This document shows positions 14,802 through 24,769 of a stretch of DNA of 32,000 nt, one piece after another. The position numbers and the translations under genes are program-made. Origin of the DNA: Sedimentisphaera cyanobacteriorum (lineage in GTDB: Bacteria > Planctomycetota > Phycisphaerae > Sedimentisphaerales > Sedimentisphaeraceae); contig NZ_CP019633.1 of the NCBI RefSeq assembly GCF_001997385.1, positions 60,001 to 92,000 of the forward strand, in the 5' to 3' direction. Numbering within the stretch: the stretch's first letter is position 1; every line of letters begins with the position of its first letter. The notes beneath the pieces were generated by a model. The model was not told where the DNA came from. It saw only the letters and a program-made list of their open reading frames with translations, and searched no databases.

Positions 14802-17261
14802 ATGAAAAATCTTGTGATAGTTGAGTCGCCGGCGAAGGCGAAAACGATAAATAAATATCTCGGTTCGGAGTTTGAGGTTAAGGCCTCAATGGGGCATATT
14901 CGCGACCTTCCCAGCAAGGGGATCAACGTGGATATTGAAAACGGCTTCCAGCCTACCTACGACATAACTCCGGGCAAGAAGAAGCTGGTCGGCCAGCTCA
15001 GAAGCGCTGCGAAAAAGAGCGAGAACGTGTATCTGGCAACAGACCTCGACCGGGAGGGTGAGGCGATTGCTTGGCATCTCGCTGAGGTTCTTGGCGTTTC
15101 CGAAGAGCATACATACCGCGTTGTTTTCAATGCGATAACGAAAAATTCCATCAAGCAGGCCTTCTCAGACCCTTCCAAGCTGGATATGGCGAAGGTGAAC
15201 GCCCAGCAGGCAAGGCGAATTCTCGACAGGATCGTCGGCTATCAGATAAGTCCTCTGCTCTGGAAGAAGGTTGCAGGAGGCTTGAGTGCGGGGCGCGTTC
15301 AGTCTGTTGCGGTGAAGATAGTTGCCGAGCGTGAGAAGGAGATTCGTGCTTTCAATCCGGAGGAGTACTGGCTCATACCTGCGGTTTTTACAACAGATTT
15401 AGACGAATCCGCCGGCCAGGGAGCTCATAAATACGCCGAGAGCTGGCAGAAGCTTAACGCCGGCGAGAAGAAGCCCAGCCGTCCTGAGCTTGCAGACTGG
15501 TTCGAACAGCATAACGCCTTCAAGGCCGAGCTTGCCAGAGTGGGCGGGAAGAAATTCGGAGCGAAAAACCAGCAGCAGGCCGAAGAGATCTTCCAGTCTC
15601 TCAGTGGACGGGATTTTACCGTCAGCAGTGTTGAGAAGAAGGAATCTCGGTCGCGGCCTCTGCCTCCATTTATCACCTCCACGCTCCAGCAGGCCGCCTC
15701 GAACCGCAGCGGCTTCGGGGCAAAACGCACGATGCGAATCGCCCAGAGCCTATACGAAGGCGTTGACCTCGGCGGGCTCGGAACTATCGGGCTGATTACC
15801 TACATGCGTACCGACAGCACATACCTATCGCCTGAAGCTCTAAGCGCTGGACGCAAGTATATCGGTGAGCAGCTCGGGGCTGATTATCTGCCCGAGAAAC
15901 CGAATTTCTACGCATCCAGCAAGGCCGCTCAGGAGGCTCACGAGGCCATCAGGCCTACCGATCCGTCTATTACGCCTCAGCAGGCAAGGCCGCACTTGAG
16001 CGATGAGCAGTTTAAGCTTTACGACCTCATCTGGCGGAGGTTTATCGCCTCGCAGATGACGCCTGCGAAATGGTTCATCACATCTGTAAAGGTATCTGCG
16101 AAGGCGGAGGTTGGCGAATGCGAATTCAGGGCGTCCGGCAGGATGCTCGCCTTCGAGGGCTTCACGAAGATCTGGCAGAACCGCTCCACAGAGCAGCAGC
16201 TTCCCGAGATGAAGGAAGGCCAGAAGCTCGCACCGGTTGATTTAAAGCCCGAGCAGCACTTTACTAAGCCGCCTGCAAGATACACTGAAGCCTCGCTTGT
16301 GAAGGCGCTGGAGAAGGAAGGCATCGGACGGCCGAGTACGTATGCATCGATTATCTCCACAATACAGGACAGGAAATACGTTGAGCAGATAGACAAGAAG
16401 CTCCGTGCAACTGATCTGGGGATTGTGGTAACAGAGAAGCTTGAAGGCTTCTTCCCTGAGATTATGGATATAGCATTCACCCGTCAGATGGAGGAAAATC
16501 TCGACGGGATCGAAGAGAACAGCAACGACTGGGTGAAGGTGCTGGAGGAGTTTTACGGGCCTTTCAGCAGTCGGCTCGAGCAGGCGCAGGAGCAGATGAA
16601 ACACGCCAAAGCCGAAACAACGCCCAGCGATTACGACTGTCCCAAATGCGGGGCGAAGCTTGAATACCGCTTCGGGAAGAACGGCAAATTCCTCAGCTGT
16701 TCGAAGTATCCCGAATGCAAATTTGCGTGCCCGTGCGATTCAGACGGCAAGCCTGTGAAGGAGGAGAAAAGCGGGCACAAATGCCCGAACTGCGGTAAGG
16801 ATATGGTTGTTAAAACCGGCCGCTACGGCAAGTTCCTCGGCTGCGAGGACTATCCGAAATGCAAGACGGTTATGAAGATCGACAAGGAAGGCAATGTCCT
16901 GCCGCCAGCACCGCCGCCGGAGCCGACGGGAATAAGATGCCATAAGTGTAAGAGCGGCGAGCTTGTTGTGCGTCAGAGCAAACGCGGGCCGTTTCTTGGG
17001 TGTAATAAGTTTCCAAGATGTCGGAATATAATCAGCATCAAGATGCTCGATAAACTCAAAGAGCTTCAGGCAGAGGGCGTTTGGCCTCCTGATACTATCG
17101 AAGAGGCTGACGAGATCCTCGGAAGAAAAACCTCCGGCACAAAGAAGGCAGCCAAGAAATCGACTAAGAAAACAACCAAGAAAACAACTAAGAAGGCAGC
17201 CAAGAAGACCACGAAAAAGGCTGCGAAAAAAACTGCCGCCAAGAAGAAAACCTCAGAATAG
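14802..17261 (+). CDS. topA: DNA topoisomerase I (type IA) with three C4 zinc ribbons and a lysine-rich tail
   Basis: TOPRIM start LVIVESPAKAKTINKYLG. DLDREGEAI is present. Active-site tyrosine motif GLITYMRTDS. Three Cys4 ribbons (CPKCG...CSKYPEC, CPNCG...CEDYPKC, CHKCK...CNKFPRC). The C-terminal tail is KKAAKKSTKKTTKK... Confidence 0.97.
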   Translation: MKNLVIVESPAKAKTINKYLGSEFEVKASMGHIRDLPSKGINVDIENGFQPTYDITPGKKKLVGQLRSAAKKSENVYLATDLDREGEAIAWHLAEVLGVSEEHTYRVVFNAITKNSIKQAFSDPSKLDMAKVNAQQARRILDRIVGYQISPLLWKKVAGGLSAGRVQSVAVKIVAEREKEIRAFNPEEYWLIPAVFTTDLDESAGQGAHKYAESWQKLNAGEKKPSRPELADWFEQHNAFKAELARVGGKKFGAKNQQQAEEIFQSLSGRDFTVSSVEKKESRSRPLPPFITSTLQQAASNRSGFGAKRTMRIAQSLYEGVDLGGLGTIGLITYMRTDSTYLSPEALSAGRKYIGEQLGADYLPEKPNFYASSKAAQEAHEAIRPTDPSITPQQARPHLSDEQFKLYDLIWRRFIASQMTPAKWFITSVKVSAKAEVGECEFRASGRMLAFEGFTKIWQNRSTEQQLPEMKEGQKLAPVDLKPEQHFTKPPARYTEASLVKALEKEGIGRPSTYASIISTIQDRKYVEQIDKKLRATDLGIVVTEKLEGFFPEIMDIAFTRQMEENLDGIEENSNDWVKVLEEFYGPFSSRLEQAQEQMKHAKAETTPSDYDCPKCGAKLEYRFGKNGKFLSCSKYPECKFACPCDSDGKPVKEEKSGHKCPNCGKDMVVKTGRYGKFLGCEDYPKCKTVMKIDKEGNVLPPAPPPEPTGIRCHKCKSGELVVRQSKRGPFLGCNKFPRCRNIISIKMLDKLKELQAEGVWPPDTIEEADEILGRKTSGTKKAAKKSTKKTTKKTTKKAAKKTTKKAAKKTAAKKKTSE

Positions 17262-17284
17262 CTGCGGAATAACGGAACTGTATT

Positions 17285-18244
17285 ATGGACTCAGAAGCCC
17301 TGCAGCATATACTGAATATTATATCGCCCATTTTTATAATGATAGGGCTTGGAGCGGCTCTAAAGGCTTGGAACTTTATCACAGACGACCTTGCAGAAGG
17401 GCTCAACAAGCTCGTATTCTGGGTGGGCATACCGGTATTCCTTTTCTACAAGATTGCCGCTGCCGAGAAGAGCTTCGCAGATATAATAAACCTCTATTAC
17501 GTGGTGATGATTGGGGTGGCAGCGTCTGTGGTAACAGCATTAGTTGTTGCGTTTCTGCTGAAGTTGGACAAACCCAGCAAAGGTGCATTCCTGCAGGGGG
17601 CATTCAGGGGCAACATACTGTTTATCGGTCTTCCTCTGGCCGTTTTTACGTTTGCCGATCAGGGCTCAGGCAAGATTGCTGAGATCGAGGAGCTTGTGCT
17701 TCTGTCTATATCCCTTCTCACGCCCAGCTTCAATCTGATTGCAATATTTCTCGTGGTTTCAACGACAGCCAAGATAGACATCGCCTTCCCCGCGAAGGTG
17801 CTCAAGCGTATGATAAAGAATCCGATTATTATATCTGTGCTTTGCGGGCTTGCCTATGCGCAGCTGTTCGATTCGATACCCCTGCCTGTGGAGCGGAGCT
17901 GCCGGATAATCGGACAGATGACCCTGCCGCTTGCCATACTCTCGATAGGTGCGAATATCGTGGCCTCGAGGGGGGCGTCGGATTTCAATATCGCATTCCT
18001 TGCTTCTGTTATAAAGGTGGTAATCGGGCCGGCCGCAGGCTTCGCTGCGATATACTTCCTGTTCGATATGCAGTATGAACAGCAGGTGATAGCAATGCTG
18101 TTTTTGGCCTGCCCCACGGCAGTGAGCTCTTTTGTGATTGCTGAACAGCTCGGGGCGAATAAGAACCTTGCCGCTGCGATTATTGTGGTTTCCAGCATAC
18201 TCGCTGCCGGGTCAACCGCCGGCGTGCTGTATCTGCTGCAGTAG
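17285..18244 (+). CDS. AEC (auxin efflux carrier) family membrane transporter
   Basis: 319 aa and hydrophobic throughout, about 10 predicted TM segments. The two-half architecture and length are typical of the PF03547-type membrane transport protein. It starts 23 nt after the topA stop. Confidence 0.7.
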   Translation: MDSEALQHILNIISPIFIMIGLGAALKAWNFITDDLAEGLNKLVFWVGIPVFLFYKIAAAEKSFADIINLYYVVMIGVAASVVTALVVAFLLKLDKPSKGAFLQGAFRGNILFIGLPLAVFTFADQGSGKIAEIEELVLLSISLLTPSFNLIAIFLVVSTTAKIDIAFPAKVLKRMIKNPIIISVLCGLAYAQLFDSIPLPVERSCRIIGQMTLPLAILSIGANIVASRGASDFNIAFLASVIKVVIGPAAGFAAIYFLFDMQYEQQVIAMLFLACPTAVSSFVIAEQLGANKNLAAAIIVVSSILAAGSTAGVLYLLQ

Positions 18245-18502
18245 AACGCGGTAGTGAGCTGCAGGCAGAATTTAATCCGCAGCTGGATTTGCTTCTCATT
18301 GAATTTAAGGCTATGTCTTAAAAGGATTTACAAAAACTTGGAGTTTTTCGTGAGTTTCTTGGTAAAAAATTAATTCTCGGCAAATTGTTCCAGCCGCAAA
18401 CACAGCTTACCCCCGGCAGACAGATTCTCTCTTAAACCAAAAGCATCATCTCAATGCACAGGCAAACCGGTGTGTGCATAATTGCCGGATCAAACGTTCG
18501 GC

Positions 18503-19321
18503 TTATTCAGAGCGTTTTTTTCTGCCAATCATAACCAGTCCGCTTCCGAGAAGGGCAAACGTTACTGGTTCCGGTACCCGCTCATATTCGAGCATACCGA
18601 ACCCGCCAGATGAATTGTCGAGGCAGATTTTAATCTTGTTGAATGTCCCGTCTGCAACACCTGTAAAAGCATCCTCAAGGTCTCCGCTGGTTATTTCGAA
18701 TTCATTGGCATAATGATCTTCAAATTCGATTGAATTATCGGAGTTGTACGTATCTTTGAAGTAGTTGCCCTGTTCAAGATAGTTTGCCAAAGGCACCTCT
18801 GCAACAAGATCGTTATCTGAAAAGGAATCCCTGTAGAAGGAAATTCCTACACACACGCTGTCGCCAGAGCTGTATTCTTCGGAATCTGCGAAGGCAAATT
18901 TGAAACCTTTCATCAGAGTGCTTCCGTAGTCGATAAAAATAGAGCCGCCTCCGCCTTCATCGTCTGGGTTGTCAAAAATAGTATCTCCATTGCCGGGGTC
19001 GTATCCATCAGTGTTTTCCTGAATGATTATGATATTCCCCACTGATGTTTGAAGATCAGATAGATTTCCGCCTTCCCAGTCTGTATTAGGAGGGCCTTCC
19101 AGATCGGGGTCGGCCGTGCCTGTGAGAGTAGTATCAAAAATTGCCACAGAATCAGGCCCGCCGCCAGTATTGTCAGCGGAAAAGGTGATTCCAGAAAGCT
19201 GATCTGTAAGCTCTTGACCGTTATCAAACTGATCAAGATCTATCTGCTCATAAGCAGAATAGGAATACGAACATACCAATGCAACTGCCAAACCGCAGAC
19301 TGCTAACAACATACTTCTCAT
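18503..19321 (-). CDS. PEP-CTERM sorting-domain secreted protein, Asp/Gly-rich
   Basis: Signal peptide MRSMLLAVCGLAVALVCSYSYSA. The C-terminus VPEPVTFALLGSGLVMIGRKKRSE has the PEP motif, a helix and a basic tail. Acidic stretches such as DNPDDEGGGGS are present. Confidence 0.85.
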   Translation of the reverse strand: MRSMLLAVCGLAVALVCSYSYSAYEQIDLDQFDNGQELTDQLSGITFSADNTGGGPDSVAIFDTTLTGTADPDLEGPPNTDWEGGNLSDLQTSVGNIIIIQENTDGYDPGNGDTIFDNPDDEGGGGSIFIDYGSTLMKGFKFAFADSEEYSSGDSVCVGISFYRDSFSDNDLVAEVPLANYLEQGNYFKDTYNSDNSIEFEDHYANEFEITSGDLEDAFTGVADGTFNKIKICLDNSSGGFGMLEYERVPEPVTFALLGSGLVMIGRKKRSE

Positions 19322-19477
19322 TTCAAAAACCTTTCAATTAGTAAAAGAATTTCAATATTTTATAAAGATGATAGCATATTCAGAAGGTGATTTAAAGCTT
19401 AATTTTTGTTTTTTTTAATTTTTTCTGGGGTATTTAGAAAACCGGCTCAAACGCCTCTGGCCATGCAAGCTATTATC

Positions 19478-19505
19478 TTGACGGCAATGCTTTATTCTTT
19501 AACAT
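19478..19505 (+). promoter_or_regulatory. Candidate promoter for the lipoprotein-smc-M16 unit
   Basis: TTGACG (19478-19483), 16 nt, TAACAT (19500-19505), about 55 nt upstream of the ATG at 19561. Confidence 0.3.
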
Positions 19506-19560
19506 CTAAATTGTCCCGTTAGAAGTTCAAAGCGGGGTGAATTTATTTGAGGATCTATCC

Positions 19561-21195
19561 ATGAAACAAAAAAGCTGTTTTATTATCTTGTCGCTGGTAA
19601 TACTTCTGGCAGGCTGCTCAGAGCAGGCAAAGGTTAAAAAGCCTGAGAAGCAGGACAAACCGCCTCTACGGCTCAACAGCACAATAGGCAACCTCTGCAA
19701 TCTCTACGCTCCGGACGGGATAGCAGTGGAAGGTTTTGGGCTGATTGCAAACCTCAACGGGAACGGGTCTTCCGAATGTCCTACTCGGGTGAGGGAGTAT
19801 ATGATAAAATACATCCAGCAGATGCTTGGCGATGCGAATCGTCTTGAAGCGATGCGGATGCTTCGTGATGAGGATAATGCAGTTGTCAGGGTTTATGGTT
19901 ACGTCCCGGCAGGAGCGAGGCAGGGACGGAAATTTGATCTTTTCGTTGAAGCCCTCCCCAGCACTCAAACCACTTCGCTCAAGGGCGGAAGCCTCTACAC
20001 CTGCAATCTCACCTCTCGCTCAAGACTCGGAGTAGAGGGGGCGAAGATTCTCGCAAAAGGCAAGGGGCCGGTATTTTTAAACTTCGCAGGCGGGCAAGAG
20101 CCGAATCTCCGAAGCGGTTATGTAATCGGCGGGGGCAGATTTCAGGAAAACAACAGGCTCTATATCGAGCTCAAAAAGCCCAACTACCGCCTCGCTGCTG
20201 TAATACGCGACCGAATCAATGAGCGTTTTGGCGAAAAAACCGCCAAGGCTCGCAGCTCGCAGATTGTAAACCTGAACCTCCCAAAAGGCTACAAGCAAAA
20301 CTACAGCAAATTTGCAAACCTCGTAGAAGCGCTTTACCTCTACGAAAATAACAGCTCTTTGCAGTCCAGAATAGAAATCCTAGCCAAAAATCTCACCCAG
20401 CCTCGAAACAGAGATATCGAATACGGACTTGAAGCAATCGGCAAGCCTGCGGTAAAAACATTAGTTCCTTATCTCAAGCACGAAAAGCCTCTTGTTCGTC
20501 TTCGTGCGGCAAGATGTCTTATCAATATGGGCTATGAGGATGCGGGGTCAGTGTTAGTGGAGCTGGCTAATATGAATCCCTCGCCTTATAAGTATGAGGC
20601 GATTGAGGCGATTGGCGAATCAAGCGCTTCGCCTACAGTTAAATCGCTTTTGCGGGAATTCCTCTCGGATAATGATTTTCAGGCCAGACTGCTGGCATAC
20701 AAGTATCTCAGCGAGGCATCTGATCTTGCTGTGATGCCCAAGCTTACATCCGCCGGCTTCCGCATAGACACAATGCTCGCCCAAGACAGCGAACCTCTTA
20801 TCTATATCAAAAGGAAGGATCAGCCCCGAATCGCTCTTTTCGGCATTGACATTCTTCTCGGACAGAACGTGTTCCTCTCGCTGGATAAAGGCGATCTTCT
20901 GCTTGATAATCCGGCCGGCAAGGATCAGATTATGATGCTCCGTCAGCACCCTGATAAGAAGGGGGTTATCGGGCCGATCTATGCAGATTTTAACGTTGAG
21001 AGCCTAATCAGCAGGCTTTGCGATAAAACTGTCAAATCCAGCGGGGTGCGCAGCGGGCTCGGCCTTGATTTTACAGAGGTTGTCCGCGTGCTGAATGAGC
21101 TGGATAAAAAGGGAGCGATAAAATCAAAACTTATGCTCGGCCCTCTTCCGGATATGCCGGAAAGATCGAATAGAATTGAAAAACTCAATCAATAG
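19561..21195 (+). CDS. Lipoprotein with a FlgI (flagellar P-ring)-like fold interrupted by a HEAT-repeat insertion
   Basis: I prefer the ATG at 19561 (MKQKSCFIILSLVILLAGC, lipobox LAGC) over the track's GTG at 19537. By-eye matches to E. coli FlgI: VEGFGLIANLNGNGS vs IGYGLVVGLDGTGD; AVVRVYGYVPAGARQGRKFDLFVEAL...SLKGGSLYTCNL vs [25 protein letters not shown]...SLRGGTLLMTPL; LYIELKKPNYRLAAVIRDRINERFG vs [23 protein letters not shown]; C-terminal DFTEVVRVLNELDKKGAIKSKLMLG vs [23 protein letters not shown]. aa ~280-396 look like HEAT repeats (PLVRLRAARCLINMG). Confidence 0.6.
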   Translation: MKQKSCFIILSLVILLAGCSEQAKVKKPEKQDKPPLRLNSTIGNLCNLYAPDGIAVEGFGLIANLNGNGSSECPTRVREYMIKYIQQMLGDANRLEAMRMLRDEDNAVVRVYGYVPAGARQGRKFDLFVEALPSTQTTSLKGGSLYTCNLTSRSRLGVEGAKILAKGKGPVFLNFAGGQEPNLRSGYVIGGGRFQENNRLYIELKKPNYRLAAVIRDRINERFGEKTAKARSSQIVNLNLPKGYKQNYSKFANLVEALYLYENNSSLQSRIEILAKNLTQPRNRDIEYGLEAIGKPAVKTLVPYLKHEKPLVRLRAARCLINMGYEDAGSVLVELANMNPSPYKYEAIEAIGESSASPTVKSLLREFLSDNDFQARLLAYKYLSEASDLAVMPKLTSAGFRIDTMLAQDSEPLIYIKRKDQPRIALFGIDILLGQNVFLSLDKGDLLLDNPAGKDQIMMLRQHPDKKGVIGPIYADFNVESLISRLCDKTVKSSGVRSGLGLDFTEVVRVLNELDKKGAIKSKLMLGPLPDMPERSNRIEKLNQ

Positions 21196-21206
21196 CCTCG
21201 GGATAT

Positions 21207-24200
21207 ATGAGACTTAATAAAATAATACTTCACGGCTTCAAAAGCTTCGCGGATAAGACAGAATTCTCTTTTGAAGACAGCATAACGGGGATTGTAGGCC
21301 CAAACGGCTGCGGCAAGAGCAACGTGGTTGATGCGGTTAAATGGGTTCTCGGCGAGCAGAGCAAGAAGAGTCTTCGAAGCTCTCAGATGGCAGATGTAAT
21401 CTTCAGCGGCAGCAGCAAGCGCAAGGCCTCTGGCATGGCGGAGGTTGTGATGATCTTCGGTGATGTTGACGGGGAAGGCAGCGAGCTGCAGATAACCCGC
21501 CGGCTCTACCGCGACGGAGACAGCACATACCTTATGAACGGGAAAACATGCCGGCTCAAGGACATCCGCGAGCAGTTTATGGATACCGGCGTGGGCGTTA
21601 GCGCCTATTCGATTATCGAGCAGGGACAGATTGGCCAGCTGCTCAGCGCATCAAAGAAAGAACGCCGCATGATCTTCGAAGAGGCAGCGGGAATAAGCAA
21701 ATTCAAGGCGCATAAGAAGGAAGCCCAGAGAAAGCTCGAAAAAACAGAAGAGCGTATGCTCAGGGTAGCCGATATATACAACGAGGTGCAAAAGCAGCTC
21801 AGGAGCGTCAAGCTCCAGGCGGGCAAGGCGAGGAATTATGTGGAGTATAAGGAGAGGCTCGATAAGCTGCGCATGCAGTATTACCTTGCTGAATACAAAA
21901 GGCTCGAGGGCAGAAAAGCTCAAACCGAAACCGAGCTTGCCGGCGTGAAGGAAAGCTGTGCGGAGGTGTTCAGGGAGCTCTCAAGGCTTGAGGCTTTACA
22001 GTCTGAGCTGCAGAATTCTCTCCGCGAGAAGGAGCATACCATAAGCAGCAAAGACGGCGAGATAATTGCCGTTAAGGGCAGGATAGAGCAGACCAGCCAG
22101 CGCGCGGATTTCCTGATGAACAGGCTCGATGAGCTTTCCAAGAGAAAAACCGACGCCTCAAAGAAAATTTCAGAGCTCGATAACCAAAAAACTATGCTCG
22201 AGGCCGAGGTGTACAGATGCGAGAATGAGCTTTCTGATGTTGCCTCGCAGGCTCAGAGCAAGCAGGACCAGCTCTCAGAGCTTCAGGAGCTTCTCAACGA
22301 GGCCGAGCTTGATGTTTCCAGCATCAATTCACGCATAGAAGACCAGAAGACCAATGCTCTGGATGCTGTGCGAAAGACAACCCAGATCAAGAACGAAATA
22401 CAAAACTCTCAGAACAGGGCTGAAAACCTGAGAATAGAGAAGGAAAGGCTTTCCAAGAGTGTCAGCTCTCAGCAGGCGCAGCTCGAATCATCTCAGCAGG
22501 ATAAAAAGCAGAAGCAGAAAGAGCTTGAGGAGGTTAAATCCCGCCTTGAAGAGCTTAGCGGCAGGCTTGAGGCAAACAAGGATATGATAGCCCGGCTCAA
22601 CGAGGAGATAAGCGAGAAGGTAAACCATGCCGCTTCGGAGAAGCAGGAAAAAAGCGCATTGGAAAGGGAGTACAGGCTTCTCAATGAGCTCGAAAAATCC
22701 AACGAGGGTGTGGGCAAGTCTGTAAGCAGACTGCTGGATGAGGTGGAGAAATCCCCGGAGAACTACAGCTACATCTGCGGGCTGGCCTCGAAGATATTCG
22801 AATCGGACGTTAAGCATTCAGTGGCTGTAGAGGCGGGGCTGGGCGAGATGGTAAACTGGCTTATCGTTGAAGACTGCGAGAGCTTCGTGAAAGACTGGAA
22901 GCCGCTTGCCGATAAGTCCGGCAGGCTTGGGGCAATTGAGAACGGGCAGGTCCCCGCAGAATCGGCAAGCCAAAGCAGGCATCGGAGGCTTTCGGAATTT
23001 GTCCGCTGCAGCGAGAAGTTCAGCGGGCTTAAAGAAAGGCTCTTCTCAAGCTTTATCGTGGCGGAGGATATAGATAATGCCCTCCAGCTTAGAAGCGGGC
23101 TCAAAGAAGGCGAGCAGATTGTAACCCTTTCAGGCGAGATTGTCGGGGCGGGAGGCAGAGTAAAATTCGGCAGGGGCTCGGGGAATCTCGGGATTATCTC
23201 CAGAAAAAGCCGGATGAACGAGCTGAATACAAAGATTGAAGATGTCCAGAAAAGCATCAGCGAGATAGAGGCCGGCATCGATGAGAACAACAGCCGGCAT
23301 AAGGAGCTCTCGGAAACAGCCTCGCAGATCGGAAGCGAGATAGAGCAGGCAAACTCAGACCGCTACAAAGCTCAGTCCAGTATGCAGCTGGTTGATCAGG
23401 CCATCGAAAATATCCAGCGCGATCTGCCAGAATCGCAGAGAGAACTGGAGGGGATAGACGAAAAAATCCGCGAGGCAGAGAAAGCGAAAGAGGAAAATGA
23501 AGCCAGCCTGAAAGAGATAGAGCAGCAGACCAGCTCCAGCGATTCACTGCTCGAAGAGCTCCGCAACCAGAGCGAAGAGAAACAGCAGTACAAAAACGAG
23601 CTCAATTCGCAGGTTACTAATCTCAGGATCAATATAGGGCAGGATACTGTGAAGCGTAATGCCCTTAAGCAGGAGCTCAGCGGGCTCAAGGGCAGGATTG
23701 AAAGCGTTAAGCTGAATATCAAATCCGTACGAAGCGATATTGAAGGCGGAGATGAGCAAATCGAGAGCACAACTCAATCCGTTCTGAACGCCGAATCAGA
23801 TCTCAGCGAGCTGTATTCACGAAAAGAAAACCTCGCTGATGAGGCCTCTGAACTGCGAAAGAACGCATCAGAGCTCTTCGAGAAGCTCTCTGAAACCGAA
23901 AAAGACCTGAAGGAAAAGAAAGAGTCTAACGCTGAGGGCGAAAACCGCCTCCATAAGCTCGATCTGGATCTCAGCGAAACGAAGATAAAAATCGAAGACC
24001 TGATCCAGAAGGCAGCAGACGAACTTGAGACGGATATAACCACCCAACAGCAGGATCAGCAGTTTGAAGAGTCTGAGGTGAACTGGGATGAAATCAAGCA
24101 GGAGATATCCGAATTGAAGGCAAAGATCTTCAGACTCGGGAATGTAAACGTCGATGCGATAGACCAGCAGGACGAGCTCGAAAAGCGCGAGGCATTCCTC

Positions 24201-24755
24201 TCCGAACAGATAGACGACTTAACCGAAAGCAAGAACAAGCTCTCAGAGCTGATAAACCGCATCAACGTGGAGAGCAGGGAGAAATTCCAGGACACATTCG
24301 AGAAGGTGCGGGAGAACTTCAAGGAGATCTTCCGAAAGCTCTTCGGAGGCGGAAAGGCCGATATCCATCTCGACGATGAGGACGAGCCCGACATCCTCGA
24401 ATGCGGCATCGAAATTATCGCCCAGCCCCCGGGCAAGGGCGCCAAGGCCATCAGCCTTCTAAGCGGAGGCGAGAAAACAATGACCGCTATAGCGCTTCTT
24501 TTTGCCATCTTCAAAACTAAGCCCTCGCCGTTCTGTTTCCTCGATGAGGTGGATGCAGCTCTGGACGAGGCCAACAACGAACGCTTCAATATGATCGTTC
24601 AGGAGTTCCAGAAAGACTCGCAGTTTATAATTGTTACACACGCAAAACGGACAATGAGCATTGCGGACAAGCTCTTCGGCGTTACAATGCAGCAGCAGGG
24701 CGTGAGCAAGCGGATTACCGTTAAGTTCGACAGTGAAGATACCGACGCAGCTTAA
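21207..24755 (+). CDS. smc: Chromosome partition protein SMC
   Basis: 1182 aa. N-terminus [18 protein letters not shown] with Walker [10 protein letters not shown]. Long E/K/L/Q-rich coiled coils flank a central hinge. C-terminal signature LSGGEKT and Walker [13 protein letters not shown]. Confidence 0.97.
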   Translation: MRLNKIILHGFKSFADKTEFSFEDSITGIVGPNGCGKSNVVDAVKWVLGEQSKKSLRSSQMADVIFSGSSKRKASGMAEVVMIFGDVDGEGSELQITRRLYRDGDSTYLMNGKTCRLKDIREQFMDTGVGVSAYSIIEQGQIGQLLSASKKERRMIFEEAAGISKFKAHKKEAQRKLEKTEERMLRVADIYNEVQKQLRSVKLQAGKARNYVEYKERLDKLRMQYYLAEYKRLEGRKAQTETELAGVKESCAEVFRELSRLEALQSELQNSLREKEHTISSKDGEIIAVKGRIEQTSQRADFLMNRLDELSKRKTDASKKISELDNQKTMLEAEVYRCENELSDVASQAQSKQDQLSELQELLNEAELDVSSINSRIEDQKTNALDAVRKTTQIKNEIQNSQNRAENLRIEKERLSKSVSSQQAQLESSQQDKKQKQKELEEVKSRLEELSGRLEANKDMIARLNEEISEKVNHAASEKQEKSALEREYRLLNELEKSNEGVGKSVSRLLDEVEKSPENYSYICGLASKIFESDVKHSVAVEAGLGEMVNWLIVEDCESFVKDWKPLADKSGRLGAIENGQVPAESASQSRHRRLSEFVRCSEKFSGLKERLFSSFIVAEDIDNALQLRSGLKEGEQIVTLSGEIVGAGGRVKFGRGSGNLGIISRKSRMNELNTKIEDVQKSISEIEAGIDENNSRHKELSETASQIGSEIEQANSDRYKAQSSMQLVDQAIENIQRDLPESQRELEGIDEKIREAEKAKEENEASLKEIEQQTSSSDSLLEELRNQSEEKQQYKNELNSQVTNLRINIGQDTVKRNALKQELSGLKGRIESVKLNIKSVRSDIEGGDEQIESTTQSVLNAESDLSELYSRKENLADEASELRKNASELFEKLSETEKDLKEKKESNAEGENRLHKLDLDLSETKIKIEDLIQKAADELETDITTQQQDQQFEESEVNWDEIKQEISELKAKIFRLGNVNVDAIDQQDELEKREAFLSEQIDDLTESKNKLSELINRINVESREKFQDTFEKVRENFKEIFRKLFGGGKADIHLDDEDEPDILECGIEIIAQPPGKGAKAISLLSGGEKTMTAIALLFAIFKTKPSPFCFLDEVDAALDEANNERFNMIVQEFQKDSQFIIVTHAKRTMSIADKLFGVTMQQQGVSKRITVKFDSEDTDAA

Positions 24756-24769
24756 TTTGAAAGCGATAT

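Noticed and set aside
18257-18284. A hairpin AGCTGC...GCAGCT after the AEC transporter stop could be a terminator.
   Set aside because: The stem is only 6 bp plus one extra pair, with a mismatch, and no convincing U-tract follows. This is too weak to call.
21605-24589. Many long minus-strand ORFs lie inside smc, for example 22769..23290 (173 aa), 24056..24589 (177 aa) and 23396..23770 (124 aa).
   Set aside because: They are antisense to a confidently identified smc gene. Their Ser/Leu/Phe-rich low-complexity products are what the complement of GAR/AAR/CTN-rich coiled-coil codons would give. They have no RBS or family motifs.
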